Shown piece after piece: positions 30,680-41,793 of a stretch of DNA of 64,000 nucleotides. How positions within the stretch are numbered: the first letter of the stretch is position 1; every line of letters starts with the position of its first letter. Position numbers and translations under genes: made by a program. Origin of the DNA: Candidatus Buchananbacteria bacterium (GTDB lineage: Bacteria; Patescibacteriota; Patescibacteriia; Buchananbacterales; UBA6539); assembly GCA_013359225.1 (NCBI GenBank), contig JABWCG010000003.1, forward strand, positions 48,783 to 112,782, written 5' to 3'. The notes under the pieces are model-generated. The model saw only the letters and a list, made by a program, of their open reading frames with translations, did no database searches and was not told the origin of the DNA.

Positions 30680-31120
30680 ATGAAAATTAAACTATTAATT
30701 GCCAGCATCCTGTCCGGTTTTTTCATTACCGGCTGTCTAACAAATACAGATATCAACCCGCCGACCGGAAACAATAATCAAAATCAACCGGCAGTTTTTG
30801 ATTTTGACAGCTGCGTGGCGGCCGGAAACCCCATTCTTAAAAGTAAGCCAGCCCAGTGTCGCCATAACGGCATTACCTACGTTGAAAATCTGCCAACGAC
30901 ACCATCAACTGACCGAATTAAATGCCAAGATGCTCAACGAGAAGCTGAAGTGTGTGCTGAAATCTACCAACCAGTATGCGCCAAAGTTAATGTTCAGTGC
31001 ATTAAAGCGCCGTGTCCACCAATTGACCAAACGTTCTCAAGTGCTTGCCACGCCTGCCGAAATTCATTAGTTGAAAGCTATGTGGAAGGCGAGTGCCCAT
31101 CACCAAGCAACGTTGATTAA
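30680..31120 (+). CDS. Cys-rich lipoprotein with a Kazal-like module
   Basis: Lipobox ITGC; FDSCVAAGNPILKSKPAQC; CAEIYQPVC...QCIKAPC...ACHAC...GEC. Confidence 0.75.
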   Translation: MKIKLLIASILSGFFITGCLTNTDINPPTGNNNQNQPAVFDFDSCVAAGNPILKSKPAQCRHNGITYVENLPTTPSTDRIKCQDAQREAEVCAEIYQPVCAKVNVQCIKAPCPPIDQTFSSACHACRNSLVESYVEGECPSPSNVD

Positions 31121-31122
31121 TT

Positions 31123-32121
31123 ATGAAAATATTTGCCATCGAAAGTTCGTGTGACGAAACCGCCGCCGCCGTTGTTGAAACGAAAGGCGGTCGCTTTAAT
31201 ATTTTGGCAAACACGATTGTTTCACAAATTGATATTCACCGCCAGTACGGCGGCGTAGTGCCAGAAGTTGCCGCCCGTCACCATATTCAAAACATCATAC
31301 CGGTACTTGAACAAACCCTTGATCAGGCCAAGCTCACACCGAATAAACTTGATCGCTTGGCGGTAACAGTCGGGCCCGGCTTAATTACGTCGCTTATAGT
31401 CGGCATTGAAACCGCCAAGACTCTTTCGTACGTCTGGAAAAAACCAATTGTACCGGTTAACCACATGAAGGCTCATTTGTACGCCAACTGGAGCCACAAT
31501 CAAAAAATTAATTTTCCGGCCATCACCCTAATTGTTTCCGGCGGACATACTGAAATTATTTTACAAACCAGCCCAACTCACCTGAAAAAAATCGGCGCCA
31601 CTATCGACGACGCGGCCGGCGAGGCATTCGACAAGGTCGCACAGCTATTGGGGCTAGGGTATCCGGGCGGACCAGCGATTTCCAAACTTGCCAAAACCGG
31701 AAGCCGAAACGCTTATCCATTCCCACGACCAATGTTAAAAGAAAATAATTTCAACTTCAGCTTCTCAGGACTTAAAACAGCGGTGCTATATACAACTCAA
31801 AAAATAAAAAAAATCACCCCTGCCGTTACCGCCGACATCGCCGCTTCATTTGAACAGGCCGCAGTTGATATTTTGGTTGAAAAAACAATTCGCGCCGCCC
31901 AAACCCACCACGCCAAAACAATTATGCTATCAGGTGGCGTTGCGGCTAATGGACTGTTGCGGCAAACGCTTGCAACAAAAGCTAAAAATCTAAAGATAAA
32001 ATTTTTAACGCCCGACATTCATCTTTGCACGGACAATGCCGCCATGATTGCTATTGCCGCCGCCTTTGACAAACCTTCGCCGTGGCATACACTAAAAGTA
32101 AACCCTAACCTTGATATTTAA
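31123..32121 (+). CDS. tsaD: tRNA t6A threonylcarbamoyltransferase
   Basis: IESSCDET, GGVVPEVA, VSGGHT, DDAAGEAFDK, CTDNAAM. Confidence 0.98.
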   Translation: MKIFAIESSCDETAAAVVETKGGRFNILANTIVSQIDIHRQYGGVVPEVAARHHIQNIIPVLEQTLDQAKLTPNKLDRLAVTVGPGLITSLIVGIETAKTLSYVWKKPIVPVNHMKAHLYANWSHNQKINFPAITLIVSGGHTEIILQTSPTHLKKIGATIDDAAGEAFDKVAQLLGLGYPGGPAISKLAKTGSRNAYPFPRPMLKENNFNFSFSGLKTAVLYTTQKIKKITPAVTADIAASFEQAAVDILVEKTIRAAQTHHAKTIMLSGGVAANGLLRQTLATKAKNLKIKFLTPDIHLCTDNAAMIAIAAAFDKPSPWHTLKVNPNLDI

Positions 32122-32124
32122 ACG

Positions 32125-32565
32125 ATGATAAAGAAAATATTTACCACCAAGTCCGAACACCAAACCCACACCCTTGGCATTAAACTGGCTAAAACCTTGC
32201 AAGGCGGGGACGTATTAGCATTAACCGGCAATCTTGGTGCCGGTAAAACTGTTTTAACCAAGGGTATCGCCAAAGGATTAGGCATTACGTCCATTGTTAA
32301 CAGTCCGACTTTTATTTTGATGCGCGTCTATCCAATAAAAAACAAAACAATTAAACAGCTAGTACACATTGATTGCTACCGTTTACAAAGTGAGGAACAA
32401 CTAAGAGAGATTGGTGCTACAGAATATTTTAACCGACCCGACACTGTCACCGTGATTGAATGGGCGGAAAAAATTAAACAACATCTCCCTAAACAAATTA
32501 TAAAAATTACGGTAGAATTACTACACGAGGACCAAAGAAAAATAACCATCACCACCCATGGTTGA
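32125..32565 (+). CDS. tsaE: t6A biosynthesis ATPase
   Basis: GNLGAGKT, SPTF, HIDCYRL, IEWAE. Confidence 0.97.
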   Translation: MIKKIFTTKSEHQTHTLGIKLAKTLQGGDVLALTGNLGAGKTVLTKGIAKGLGITSIVNSPTFILMRVYPIKNKTIKQLVHIDCYRLQSEEQLREIGATEYFNRPDTVTVIEWAEKIKQHLPKQIIKITVELLHEDQRKITITTHG

Positions 32566-33679
32566 ATATTGGCGCAACCCCGCCGAACAACTTACCACCC
32601 CTGAACGTCCGCTGCCGGATCGTTTTTATAAATTAATGGAACATATTAATAAAACACGAAAACCGCGGCTAATGGAAATCAGTCAAAGCCGAGTCAGTCC
32701 CAATGAAGCTGCCAGTGACCGTAATACCGTTCGTGAAAAAAAAGCTCGTCAGTTTGGTGACGAAACCGAGTATGCCAATTTTTTTGAAACCGCGCTGCCG
32801 GAAGTCAATAATTACGACTGGTTTGGCGAAAATGTCGTTATCCTAGACCGCGGCCATGGTGATGCCGCCGACTATAACGACTTAGCCGTTGGTACTGATT
32901 TAACTTTAGAGATGGAATCACCAGACGGACATGATCCGATTGCTTTGCGAATTGACGTCACAAAAACTAAAAATTTAGACGGACTTGAACGAAAAACTCA
33001 AAACACTCTGCATGAAATTGAAAATGGCCGATTTAGCCGAACTTATTTTCAATCCTACTACCAAGAAGGCCCACTACAAAAAATTAATACCGCGCCAAGC
33101 ATTGTTTTGCACCTTACCGAAAATCAACTAGATGAATTAGGAAGCGAGCTTTATACTGCCAGACTTGATAACGACCCCGAAAAAAGAAAAAAGGCAATTA
33201 CCGGCCTGGAGGGAAGCCCACTTCAACTAAACTTAATTGACCAAGCACGAGGCCAGCTGGAAAACCAAGCGCTGTATGCCTTGGCATTATTTCTGGAAGA
33301 AGTAAACAATCGCTGGCAGCGATTTAATTTGAATAACGATCAAAAAGCCGAACTGGCTGACATATACGACCAGGTTAAGACTGCACATGCCCTCCAACAC
33401 ACTGGCCAAGAAGTAACTCGGCTTATTGAACAGGTCACAAAAAATAAAACATTGCAGCGGTTACCTCGCTATCACGAGACAATTCGCTTATTAAACGGCA
33501 TTAGCCCCTGGCTAAACCATTTTGAAAATTTAGAACAACAAAAAATCGGCCAGCTGTCTGATAACACCAAGCAGCAGGCCGAGGCTAATGCGAGTTTGAG
33601 CGAGGCTCATCGCCTGCTCGTTGGTCGGCCGAGCCAGATTCATTCTGCTCTGCCGCAGCGGTTTGGTGTGGCGGCTTAA
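32558..33679 (+). CDS. Hypothetical protein with a possible PD-(D/E)xK-like N-terminal domain
   Basis: 373-aa ORF; D...GTDLTLE...LRIDVTK pattern and a helical C-terminus. Function unproven. Confidence 0.6.
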   Translation: MVEYWRNPAEQLTTPERPLPDRFYKLMEHINKTRKPRLMEISQSRVSPNEAASDRNTVREKKARQFGDETEYANFFETALPEVNNYDWFGENVVILDRGHGDAADYNDLAVGTDLTLEMESPDGHDPIALRIDVTKTKNLDGLERKTQNTLHEIENGRFSRTYFQSYYQEGPLQKINTAPSIVLHLTENQLDELGSELYTARLDNDPEKRKKAITGLEGSPLQLNLIDQARGQLENQALYALALFLEEVNNRWQRFNLNNDQKAELADIYDQVKTAHALQHTGQEVTRLIEQVTKNKTLQRLPRYHETIRLLNGISPWLNHFENLEQQKIGQLSDNTKQQAEANASLSEAHRLLVGRPSQIHSALPQRFGVAA

Positions 33680-33803
33680 ATCCGCCGAGAAAACCACCGC
33701 TTTGTTGAATGCGGTCAAGCACGTCACCCGTCTTCTCATGAATGATTTGCGAAACCGGATCCGTCGAAATGACCGGACCTTTCTTCTCTTGCGTCGTGCA
33801 CAA
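33585..33803 (-). CDS. Putative 72-aa small protein overlapping the 3' end of the 32558 gene
   Basis: TTG start preceded by AAGGAGGG; promoter TTGACA (33884-33889)-17 bp-TAGTAT (33861-33866). Confidence 0.5.
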   Translation of the reverse strand: MCTTQEKKGPVISTDPVSQIIHEKTGDVLDRIQQSGGFLGGFKPPHQTAAAEQNESGSADQRAGDEPRSNSH

Positions 33804-33915
33804 ATCTCTACCCTCCTTAACGTAGTTTGCGCCAAGAAACACCTTACTCGCAGCGAGCCCATACTAACAAAAAAACCGCCTCTTGTCAATAAAGGGCGGA
33901 TTTTTAAACTAATTT

Positions 33916-35658
33916 TTAAAGCTCGTCGTCACTGATATCCTTAGCCACACGAAACACTTCATCGGCCGTGGTGATACCGTCAGCCGCTTTCAATAAACCG
34001 TCTTGAATCATCGTGATCATACCGTGCTTAACGGCAATTGAACGCATATCATACTCAGACACATGGCCAGTTAAAATCAAATTTTCTACTTCTTTATTCA
34101 TTGTCATGACTTCAAAGATACCAACCCGACCCTTATACCCAAGGCCCTGACACTCCTCACAGCCGCCGCCTTTATAAAACTTTAACCGCTTAAGCTCTGC
34201 TTCTGGTACTCGAAAACCAGACTCTTCAGGAATTTTTGATAAAATTGCCATCACCCGCGACATGGTTTTATTATCAAGCTCGGCTGGTTTTTTACAGTAC
34301 TGGCAAATTTTTCGTACCAAACGTTGACCAATCATCGCATTAATCGCCGGGGCCAACAAAAATGGTTTAACCTGCATTGACAGCAAACGGGGAATGGTTC
34401 CGGCAGCGTCGTTTGTGTGCAATGTGGTAATCACCAAATGACCAGTCAACGCGGCATTAATTGCAATCTCAGCTGTTTCAAGATCACGAACTTCACCAAC
34501 CATAACGATATCCGGATCCTGTCGCAAAATAGAGCGCAGGCCGTTGGCGAAAGTGTAGTTCTTACTATGATCAACCTGACTTTGATTAACGCCGTCAAGT
34601 TTGTATTCAACCGGGTCTTCAATGGTGATAATTTTAGTTCCCGGATCATTTAGCTTATTTAGCACTGCATACAAAGTAGTAGTTTTTCCTGAACCGGTCG
34701 GACCAGTCGTGACAATCATGCCATTTGGTTTTTCAATTTCGCCCCGCAACGCCTCAAAAGCGCGGCCGCGCAAACCTAAATCTTCAAACGCCATGCCGGC
34801 CGCCGACGACATCAATAAACGCATCACAACGCTTTCACCATACGCCGTTGGCAAAGTTGACACACGAACGTCAATCTTTTCTTTAGTCATAAAAATGGTA
34901 AAACGTCCGTCCTGAGGGCGGTCTTCAATATTAATCTTTAATCGCGAAACTAATTTAATGCGACTGACAACCTGCGGCCAAACTTTATGTTCAAGCTCAG
35001 CAACATCATGCAACAAACCGTCGATACGAAATCGAACCTTGACTCCTTTTTCTTCAGCCTCAATGTGAATATCCGAAGATCTAGCCTTAATAGCGGCCGC
35101 CATAATTAACGTTACCATGTCGGTAATTGAAACTTCGCTTAATTCCTTGTTTAAATCCTGAAATGTTCTAATCTCTTTTTCATACTTACGAATATCGTCT
35201 TCAGCAATTTCAACGCCACTGACAAACTTACGAACTTTGGGAATTGATTGGTACAAACGAAACGCAAAATCAAAACTGTTTTGTGAAATTAAATAAATTT
35301 TTACGTCCGCATGATTTTCTTTGGCCAATACTTTGGTTAGCTCCGTCAACCGAGGGTCTTCGGGATTAACCGCCCCAATCCTAATATCATTTGAACCCCG
35401 AAAAAAACAAATAGCTTTTAGTTCCTGGGAATCTTTTTCTGAAAATAAAATCAAAGTTTCCGGACTAATTGGAAAACCCTTTAAATCGATATATTGAAAG
35501 CCCATCATCGCAGCCCTGGTTTGCGCTTCACGCTCTTTTTCCTTGGCGCCGATATTCTTCATTTTCTCGCTGAATTTTTCCGACACCTCTTCACTGGCAA
35601 TCTGCGGCCGACTGACTGATGAAACGTTTTTGATTGGATTATTCTTATCACTCATCAT
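33916..35658 (-). CDS. pilB: Type IV pilus assembly ATPase (PilB/GspE)
   Basis: SDIHIE, PQDG, GPTGSGKT, LRQDPD, TLHTN, tetra-Cys, GYKGR. Confidence 0.93.
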   Translation of the reverse strand: MMSDKNNPIKNVSSVSRPQIASEEVSEKFSEKMKNIGAKEKEREAQTRAAMMGFQYIDLKGFPISPETLILFSEKDSQELKAICFFRGSNDIRIGAVNPEDPRLTELTKVLAKENHADVKIYLISQNSFDFAFRLYQSIPKVRKFVSGVEIAEDDIRKYEKEIRTFQDLNKELSEVSITDMVTLIMAAAIKARSSDIHIEAEEKGVKVRFRIDGLLHDVAELEHKVWPQVVSRIKLVSRLKINIEDRPQDGRFTIFMTKEKIDVRVSTLPTAYGESVVMRLLMSSAAGMAFEDLGLRGRAFEALRGEIEKPNGMIVTTGPTGSGKTTTLYAVLNKLNDPGTKIITIEDPVEYKLDGVNQSQVDHSKNYTFANGLRSILRQDPDIVMVGEVRDLETAEIAINAALTGHLVITTLHTNDAAGTIPRLLSMQVKPFLLAPAINAMIGQRLVRKICQYCKKPAELDNKTMSRVMAILSKIPEESGFRVPEAELKRLKFYKGGGCEECQGLGYKGRVGIFEVMTMNKEVENLILTGHVSEYDMRSIAVKHGMITMIQDGLLKAADGITTADEVFRVAKDISDDEL

Positions 35659-35738
35659 ACGTGTTTATTATAACAAACTAAGCCTAAAAACAAAAACGCC
35701 CCCGAAAAATTGGGGGCGTTAAATATGTACGAAAGACG

Positions 35739-36683
35739 TTATCGACGCAAAGCTTGCCAGCCGCTTATCAACCGGCTCGCTAAAAGATTTTTCTTGCTTG
35801 AGATAATCTCAAAAATTATTGCCCAAGTGGCCCAGGAAAAAACAGTCAAAGCAATTTGCAAGACGACAAACACCACAAACAAAAAAGTAGTCAATAAAAT
35901 CAATCCAAATAACCAGCCGCTATATAACCTGAAGATATAGAAAAAGGCAAAAAATCCCAGAATACCAATAATCGTATTGACTACCCAAGTGACCAAAAAC
36001 AGAATAATTGAAATTTCCATCGTCATCAGCCAATTAGTTTTGAACAGTTTCCAAGCAAATGACAACGACTCGCCAAAACTCTTATCTTTCAAAACCACGG
36101 CGCAGATGGCATAACGAGAAATAAATGAACTCATTAAAACCAAAATCATTCCCGCATTAAACACCACAATAAACACATATAACGACAGGACAAAGCGCTG
36201 CAGTGCCATAACACCAATAATACTGATGGTTAACCAGACAACTATCTTTAAAACCACGTTCAAGCCCAAAATAGGCCAAAATTTACTCACCCCTAGTCCG
36301 AAACTTTCACCCCATGTTAACGGGTGCTTGCGGGTAATCGCAATGCTTTGTCCAATCACTGCTGTCTGTGAGATTACTACCAGCCACGTGATGAATACGG
36401 TCATGCCCAAAACAATCAAGCCGGCCAATACCGCCATGACGACAAACGCTGGCGATTGGACAAATAAAGCAGTCAAACCACGAAGTCCGCCGCCGCTAAA
36501 TAATCCGCCGGCCGCAGCATTTTGCCAAAATGAAAGCCAGCCTGAATTAGCATAGCTTGAAAAGAAAACTTCTGCTTCACCAGAAGTGCCTAATAAAGCG
36601 GCCATCAAGCCAAAAAACCAAATCGCCGGATATTTGAAGGCGACCTTGGCTGCTTGCTTAAATATTTCGCGGTAGTGATACAT
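35739..36683 (-). CDS. Multi-pass membrane protein
   Basis: IWFFGLMAALLG and about six further TM segments. Confidence 0.8.
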   Translation of the reverse strand: MYHYREIFKQAAKVAFKYPAIWFFGLMAALLGTSGEAEVFFSSYANSGWLSFWQNAAAGGLFSGGGLRGLTALFVQSPAFVVMAVLAGLIVLGMTVFITWLVVISQTAVIGQSIAITRKHPLTWGESFGLGVSKFWPILGLNVVLKIVVWLTISIIGVMALQRFVLSLYVFIVVFNAGMILVLMSSFISRYAICAVVLKDKSFGESLSFAWKLFKTNWLMTMEISIILFLVTWVVNTIIGILGFFAFFYIFRLYSGWLFGLILLTTFLFVVFVVLQIALTVFSWATWAIIFEIISSKKNLLASRLISGWQALRR

Positions 36684-36713
36684 ACGTCGTTTTGTTTAAT
36701 TGATCAATTTATT

Positions 36714-38537
36714 TTATTTTTTCTCCACAAAGATGGCTTCGAACTCTTCTTTTTCAAGTGTTTCTCGTTCCATTAATAACCGGACAATTTCTTCCATTTT
36801 ATCGCGATGCTTTCTGACAATTTCCAAGGCTGTTTTCATGGCGTTATCAATCAGTTTACTGATTTCCTGATCAATTGTTTCAGCGACTTTTTCGCTGTAA
36901 TCGCGCTGTTCCGTAATTTCCTTGCCCAAAAAGATTAATTCTTCTCGCTTGCCAAAAGTCCGGGGACCAAGCACTTCACTCATGCCATACTGCATAATCA
37001 GTTGCCGAGCAATTCTAGTTGCTTCACGTAAATCATTTGATGCACCGGTAGTCACTTCGCCAAATATCTCTTTTTCTGTCACGTGTCCGGCTAACAATAC
37101 AGCCAATTCATCAATAAACTCTGAGCGGGGTTTTAAGTATTTATCTTTCTGCGGCATCTTAAGAGTATAGCCAGCGGCCCGGCCGCGAGAGATAATCGAC
37201 ACTTTCTGAACCGGATCGGCATTTGGCAAAATATGCGCAACCAACGCATGACCGGCTTCATGATACGCGGTAATTTTTTTCTCTTCAGCTGAAAGATAAT
37301 GGCTCTTACGTTCAGGCCCCAAAATAACCTTCTCAATACTTTCCAAAATATCAAGCATCTCAATTTTTTTCTTATTTTTTCGAGCCGCAAAAATCGCCGC
37401 CTCATTAAGCAAATTATTAAGATCCGCTCCGGTGAAGCCAGGAGTTCGTTCGGCAATCCGGCGCAAGTCAACATCTTCGCCCAACGGTTTTTTCCGGGAA
37501 TGAACTTTCAAAATTGCTTCACGATCATCAATGCTCGGAGCGTCCAACACCACCCGTCGATCAAAACGACCCGGGCGCAGCAATGCCGCATCCAAAATGT
37601 CCGGCCGGTTAGTAGCGGCAATCACGATCACGTTGGTTGTGACATCAAAGCCGTCCATTTCCACTAAAATCTGATTAAGGGTCTGTTCCCGTTCGTCATT
37701 TGAACCGCCCAGACCGGCGCCACGCTGACGACCAACCGCATCAAGCTCATCAATAAAGACAATACACGGCGAATTGCGTTTGGCTTTGCGGAATAAATCA
37801 CGAACGCGCGAAGCGCCAACACCAACAAACATTTCAACGAATTCTGAACCAGAAATGCTAAAAAATGGCACATCGGCCTCGCCGGCGATCGCGCGAGCCA
37901 ATAACGTTTTTCCAGTTCCCGGAGGCCCTACCAACAACACACCTTTAGGAATACGGGCACCAAGGCTGATAAACTTTCGAGGCGTCTTTAAGAATTCAAC
38001 AATTTCAGTCAACTCTTCTTTAACCTCTTTGGCACCGGCAACATCACGAAATGTTACGCGGTTACGCTTATCTTGGGGATTAACTTCGCGAGCCCGAGAC
38101 TGTCCAAAAGTCATGGCTTTTGAGTTTGCTCCCTGAACTTGGCGCATCATCAGATAAATAAACCCGATTACCAACAGGAATGGCAAAATCAACGGCAACA
38201 AACTCACTAACCAATATTCCCAGCCGCTTTCTTTCTTGACTGAAATGTTAATGGCTTTCAATTTTTCAGGATCAGCCTGATAATTATTCAACAAATCACC
38301 GAGCGACTCTGTTGGTTCTTTTTGCACTTCAGCCAAAGAACCATCAGCCAACGTCACGGCAATTTTATCATTTGTCACTTCAATGCTCTTTACCTCTCCC
38401 TGGTTTATTTTTTCAACCATGCCAATAATCCCCAGAGGCTGTTTTTCCGCCTGCGGGGTGATATAGAAACTAAACATCGCCAAGATGACCAAGAATACAA
38501 TAAAAGTGACCGCTAAATTTTTTGCAAGATTTTTCAT
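36714..38537 (-). CDS. ftsH: ATP-dependent zinc metalloprotease FtsH
   Basis: Two TM segments, [25 protein letters not shown]. Confidence 0.99.
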   Translation of the reverse strand: MKNLAKNLAVTFIVFLVILAMFSFYITPQAEKQPLGIIGMVEKINQGEVKSIEVTNDKIAVTLADGSLAEVQKEPTESLGDLLNNYQADPEKLKAINISVKKESGWEYWLVSLLPLILPFLLVIGFIYLMMRQVQGANSKAMTFGQSRAREVNPQDKRNRVTFRDVAGAKEVKEELTEIVEFLKTPRKFISLGARIPKGVLLVGPPGTGKTLLARAIAGEADVPFFSISGSEFVEMFVGVGASRVRDLFRKAKRNSPCIVFIDELDAVGRQRGAGLGGSNDEREQTLNQILVEMDGFDVTTNVIVIAATNRPDILDAALLRPGRFDRRVVLDAPSIDDREAILKVHSRKKPLGEDVDLRRIAERTPGFTGADLNNLLNEAAIFAARKNKKKIEMLDILESIEKVILGPERKSHYLSAEEKKITAYHEAGHALVAHILPNADPVQKVSIISRGRAAGYTLKMPQKDKYLKPRSEFIDELAVLLAGHVTEKEIFGEVTTGASNDLREATRIARQLIMQYGMSEVLGPRTFGKREELIFLGKEITEQRDYSEKVAETIDQEISKLIDNAMKTALEIVRKHRDKMEEIVRLLMERETLEKEEFEAIFVEKK

Positions 38538-38640
38538 AGTTAAGTCTTAAAGTAAAAAGTGGGCAAAGTTAATAACATTATACCCACTTTTTACCTTATT
38601 TTCAAGATTTATTTCTCTCAATAATACGCGAAAGAATCAC

Positions 38641-39840
38641 TTAATTAGCCGCCGGGTCTAAGGGTTTATCAGCCTTTGGCTGGGCCGCTGGCTTAACTTC
38701 GCCGGCCGGAGCCTGAGTTAACGCCTTAATACTTAAACCAAGACGATGATCTTTTGGTTCAATCGACAAAATTTTGAATTCACGCTCTTCACCAGGTTTG
38801 GCAATTTCGGTGGTATCGGTCACTGGCTTATGAGACAGCTCGGAAATATGCGCTAAACCATGAATATCCGGATCAAGCTCCACAAACAAGCCAAACGGAT
38901 TCACTTTTAAGACCTTGCCTTTAACAATCTGCCCAACCTGATACTTGCTGCCAACGTTAGTCCAGGGGTCGGCCTTAAGTTTTTTCATCGACAAAAAGAT
39001 TTTTGACCCTTCAACATTGATAATTTCGGCTTTAATCTTATCGCCGACTTTCACAAAGTCAGTCGGGTCGTCAATGCGCTGCCAAGCCAGTTCGGAAATG
39101 TGAACCAGCCCTTCAAGCTTATTATCGCCGAATTCAACAAAGACACCAAAATCAGTTACCGCCGTCACCTTGCCGTCAATCACGTCGCCAACTTTGTAGC
39201 TGGAAATCACATCCTTTTGTTTTTCTTCCCAACCGGCTTTCTCGGAAACGATTAACTTGTCTTCGCCTTCGTTGACATCAATAATCTTCACTTCAAAGTC
39301 TTTGCCGACATAGCTTTTTAGACGGTCAAGAATTTTATTCTTGTCGCCGCCAGGAACGCGGGGGTAATGTTCGGGCATTAATTGTGAAACGGGCAAAAAT
39401 CCAGGAATTTTTCCAACCTTAACCATCAAACCGCCCTTGTTAGCGTCCACAATAGTCGCCTTAACGATTTCACCGGCATCGCGCAACCCAGACAAGTTGT
39501 CCCAAGCCTTTTGATGTCCGGCAAAACGAAGCGAAAGCTCCATTTCACCGTTTTCGTTTTCCAACTCAATAACGGTGGCTTCAACTTCATCACCAACTTT
39601 TAAATTAGAATATTCGCTTGACTCATCATAAAACTCCCGGCCGCGAACGATACCGGTTGTTAGCCCATCAATATCCAAACGAATTTCTGAGCGCGAGATG
39701 TCAATGACCACCCCTTTAATAATATCGCCGATTTTTGGGATTTTAATAAAATCCCCCTCAGCTAACATCTTTCTAAACTGAGAGGATTGGTCTTTGACAG
39801 TTAGTTCTTCACTAATACCTTTTTTACTCTGTTCTGTCAT
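38641..39840 (-). CDS. rpsA: 30S ribosomal protein S1 (four S1 domains)
   Basis: NKGGL, GFLPVSQ, DFGVFV, GLVHISEL, repeated. Confidence 0.93.
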   Translation of the reverse strand: MTEQSKKGISEELTVKDQSSQFRKMLAEGDFIKIPKIGDIIKGVVIDISRSEIRLDIDGLTTGIVRGREFYDESSEYSNLKVGDEVEATVIELENENGEMELSLRFAGHQKAWDNLSGLRDAGEIVKATIVDANKGGLMVKVGKIPGFLPVSQLMPEHYPRVPGGDKNKILDRLKSYVGKDFEVKIIDVNEGEDKLIVSEKAGWEEKQKDVISSYKVGDVIDGKVTAVTDFGVFVEFGDNKLEGLVHISELAWQRIDDPTDFVKVGDKIKAEIINVEGSKIFLSMKKLKADPWTNVGSKYQVGQIVKGKVLKVNPFGLFVELDPDIHGLAHISELSHKPVTDTTEIAKPGEEREFKILSIEPKDHRLGLSIKALTQAPAGEVKPAAQPKADKPLDPAAN

Positions 39841-40018
39841 AAAATTTTATTTAACCTTTGCCCAATAGCTGGCCAAAAGCCCCTTGTTGTCACTTAGCCA
39901 AGGATATATTAATTAATGTTAGCGTGACTAACCAAGCATATACCATATAAGGCAGTTTTGTCAAGACCTTAAAAGGTATGGTAAAATAGAGCTATAATTA
40001 TCAAAAATAAGCCAAAAA

Positions 40019-40549
40019 ATGTCCACTATCGATTCAAAATATTTAAAAAAAATCGTTGCCGGGGGTAAAAGCTATGTTCCCAGCAAAATTACCAAAGAGT
40101 TAAAGCAGGCCGGATTCAAAAGTTCGCTTTATGGCAAAGTCACCCAGGAACAGGCTGCCCGGGTTGTACGACATTTGCAGTCAAAAGGACTTTTATCAAA
40201 AAGTAAAAATGCTACCCAGCTCTACCAGGAAGCGACTAAAACCCAAACCGCCGACCAAGAGGCAATTCGGTTAGCCAAGGCCCAAAAACATATTCAAGCC
40301 AACATCAGAATTGATCTTGACCAAGAAATCGCCGCCGAAGAACGGGGGCAACAGTCTATCAATTATGACCCGCGCAGCGTCTTGGGACAAAATCTGGCTC
40401 AGCGCATTCAGCAAGAACAGCAGAATCGAGAAGAAAAAATCCAGGATGAACGCAAAAAACAAGATCAGCTAAAGGGGAAGAATCAGACTAAAAATTCCAG
40501 GCCACAGCCGATTGATTTGGCTAATCTGCCTGACATGGATATCGGCTAA
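40019..40549 (+). CDS. Hypothetical Lys/Gln-rich protein
   Basis: 176-aa ORF divergent from rpsA with TATAAT upstream; no recognisable motif. Confidence 0.65.
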   Translation: MSTIDSKYLKKIVAGGKSYVPSKITKELKQAGFKSSLYGKVTQEQAARVVRHLQSKGLLSKSKNATQLYQEATKTQTADQEAIRLAKAQKHIQANIRIDLDQEIAAEERGQQSINYDPRSVLGQNLAQRIQQEQQNREEKIQDERKKQDQLKGKNQTKNSRPQPIDLANLPDMDIG

Positions 40550-40680
40550 AATATTGCCAAAAAAATATCTAATTTTAGCCAAAAAAAAATAGAATATTTT
40601 CTTGCCAATTTTCTATAATTTTGCTAAAATATAGGTGACAATTATGCGTCATTTTTTTAATTCTAAACCTACTTTTTTCT

Positions 40681-41328
40681 ATGTTTATTAACTGGCACGG
40701 ACAATCATGCTTCAAGCTAGTAGGGGATAAAACCACAGTGATAACCGACCCCTTTGATAATTCAATCGGCTTACGAGCCCCCCGGCTAGCTGGCGATATT
40801 GTAACCATCAGCCATGACCATGGCGACCACAATAACGTCGAGGGTGTTAAAGGCTTAAACCAAACAGAACCCTTTATTATCAAAGGACCTGGCGAATATG
40901 AGTATAAAAATGTTTTTGTCTATGGCATTGCATCATTTCACGACAACGAACGAGGTGCCAAGCGGGGGACTAACATTATCTACCGCATTGAGATTGACGG
41001 TATCACCATTACTCACCTGGGAGACCTTGGACATTTGCTGGAAAATGAACAGCTTGAAAAAATTGAGGGAACCGATATCCTACTTATCCCCGTTGGCGGA
41101 GACTACACGATTGACGGCAAACAGGCAACCAAGATTATCAGCGAACTTGAACCACGGATTGTGATTCCGATGCACTACCGCCTGCCTGGATTGAAAGTTA
41201 AAATTGATGGACTCGATACCTTCTGCAAGGAAATTGGCGTGTGTCCCAAAGAAGAATTGCCAAAGTTTAAAATTACTAAAAAAGATCTACCACAAGAAGA
41301 CCTGCAAGTCGTTTTGCTCCAGCCTTAA
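40681..41328 (+). CDS. MBL-fold metallo-hydrolase (Lactamase_B_3-like)
   Basis: GQSCF, ITDP, SHDHGDH, HLGD, PMHY. Confidence 0.9.
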   Translation: MFINWHGQSCFKLVGDKTTVITDPFDNSIGLRAPRLAGDIVTISHDHGDHNNVEGVKGLNQTEPFIIKGPGEYEYKNVFVYGIASFHDNERGAKRGTNIIYRIEIDGITITHLGDLGHLLENEQLEKIEGTDILLIPVGGDYTIDGKQATKIISELEPRIVIPMHYRLPGLKVKIDGLDTFCKEIGVCPKEELPKFKITKKDLPQEDLQVVLLQP

Positions 41329-41338
41329 ATAAACGTGT

Positions 41339-41773
41339 ATGGCGAACACCGAACAACCAGAAGACAGACCAAAATCAAAGTTTGACATTGAACGACTCTC
41401 TGAAACAACTAGAAAAAAAATATTTGGCATTTCAATTTTTGTTTTAACACTAACAATTGTCATTGCCTGGATTCCCAGTTTACAGTCAACACTAAACCAA
41501 ATTAGGTCCGGACCGAAAAAACCAATACTTGGAGAAGAAAATTTTGAAAAAATCCAAAACGACCTTAATACCATGATCAACCAAACCAAAGCTGATTACG
41601 AAGAAATTCAAAAAAAAATTGACCAACTAAATCAGCTTGCCGCTTCAAGCTCCGCGACGACCGTGGCCACTAGCACAAAACCTCTGGCCACATCAACCGC
41701 AACGTCCAGCCGCGAACTTAGTCCGGATGAAATGAAACTCTTAAAAGAAAAAATTTTAGAACAAATAGATTAA
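41339..41773 (+). CDS. Single-TM coiled-coil protein
   Basis: One TM segment, coiled coil, ATST-rich linker. Confidence 0.7.
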   Translation: MANTEQPEDRPKSKFDIERLSETTRKKIFGISIFVLTLTIVIAWIPSLQSTLNQIRSGPKKPILGEENFEKIQNDLNTMINQTKADYEEIQKKIDQLNQLAASSSATTVATSTKPLATSTATSSRELSPDEMKLLKEKILEQID

Positions 41774-41793
41774 CCAAACCTTTGTAACTACGT

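Noticed and set aside
33530-33889. Arg-rich 119-aa minus-strand ORF (RRKRRKVRSFRRIRFRK) resembling a protamine-like or leader peptide
   Set aside because: Its start lies in the -35 hexamer and it has no SD. The alternative frame (33585-33803) has the strong SD, so this is probably a shadow frame.
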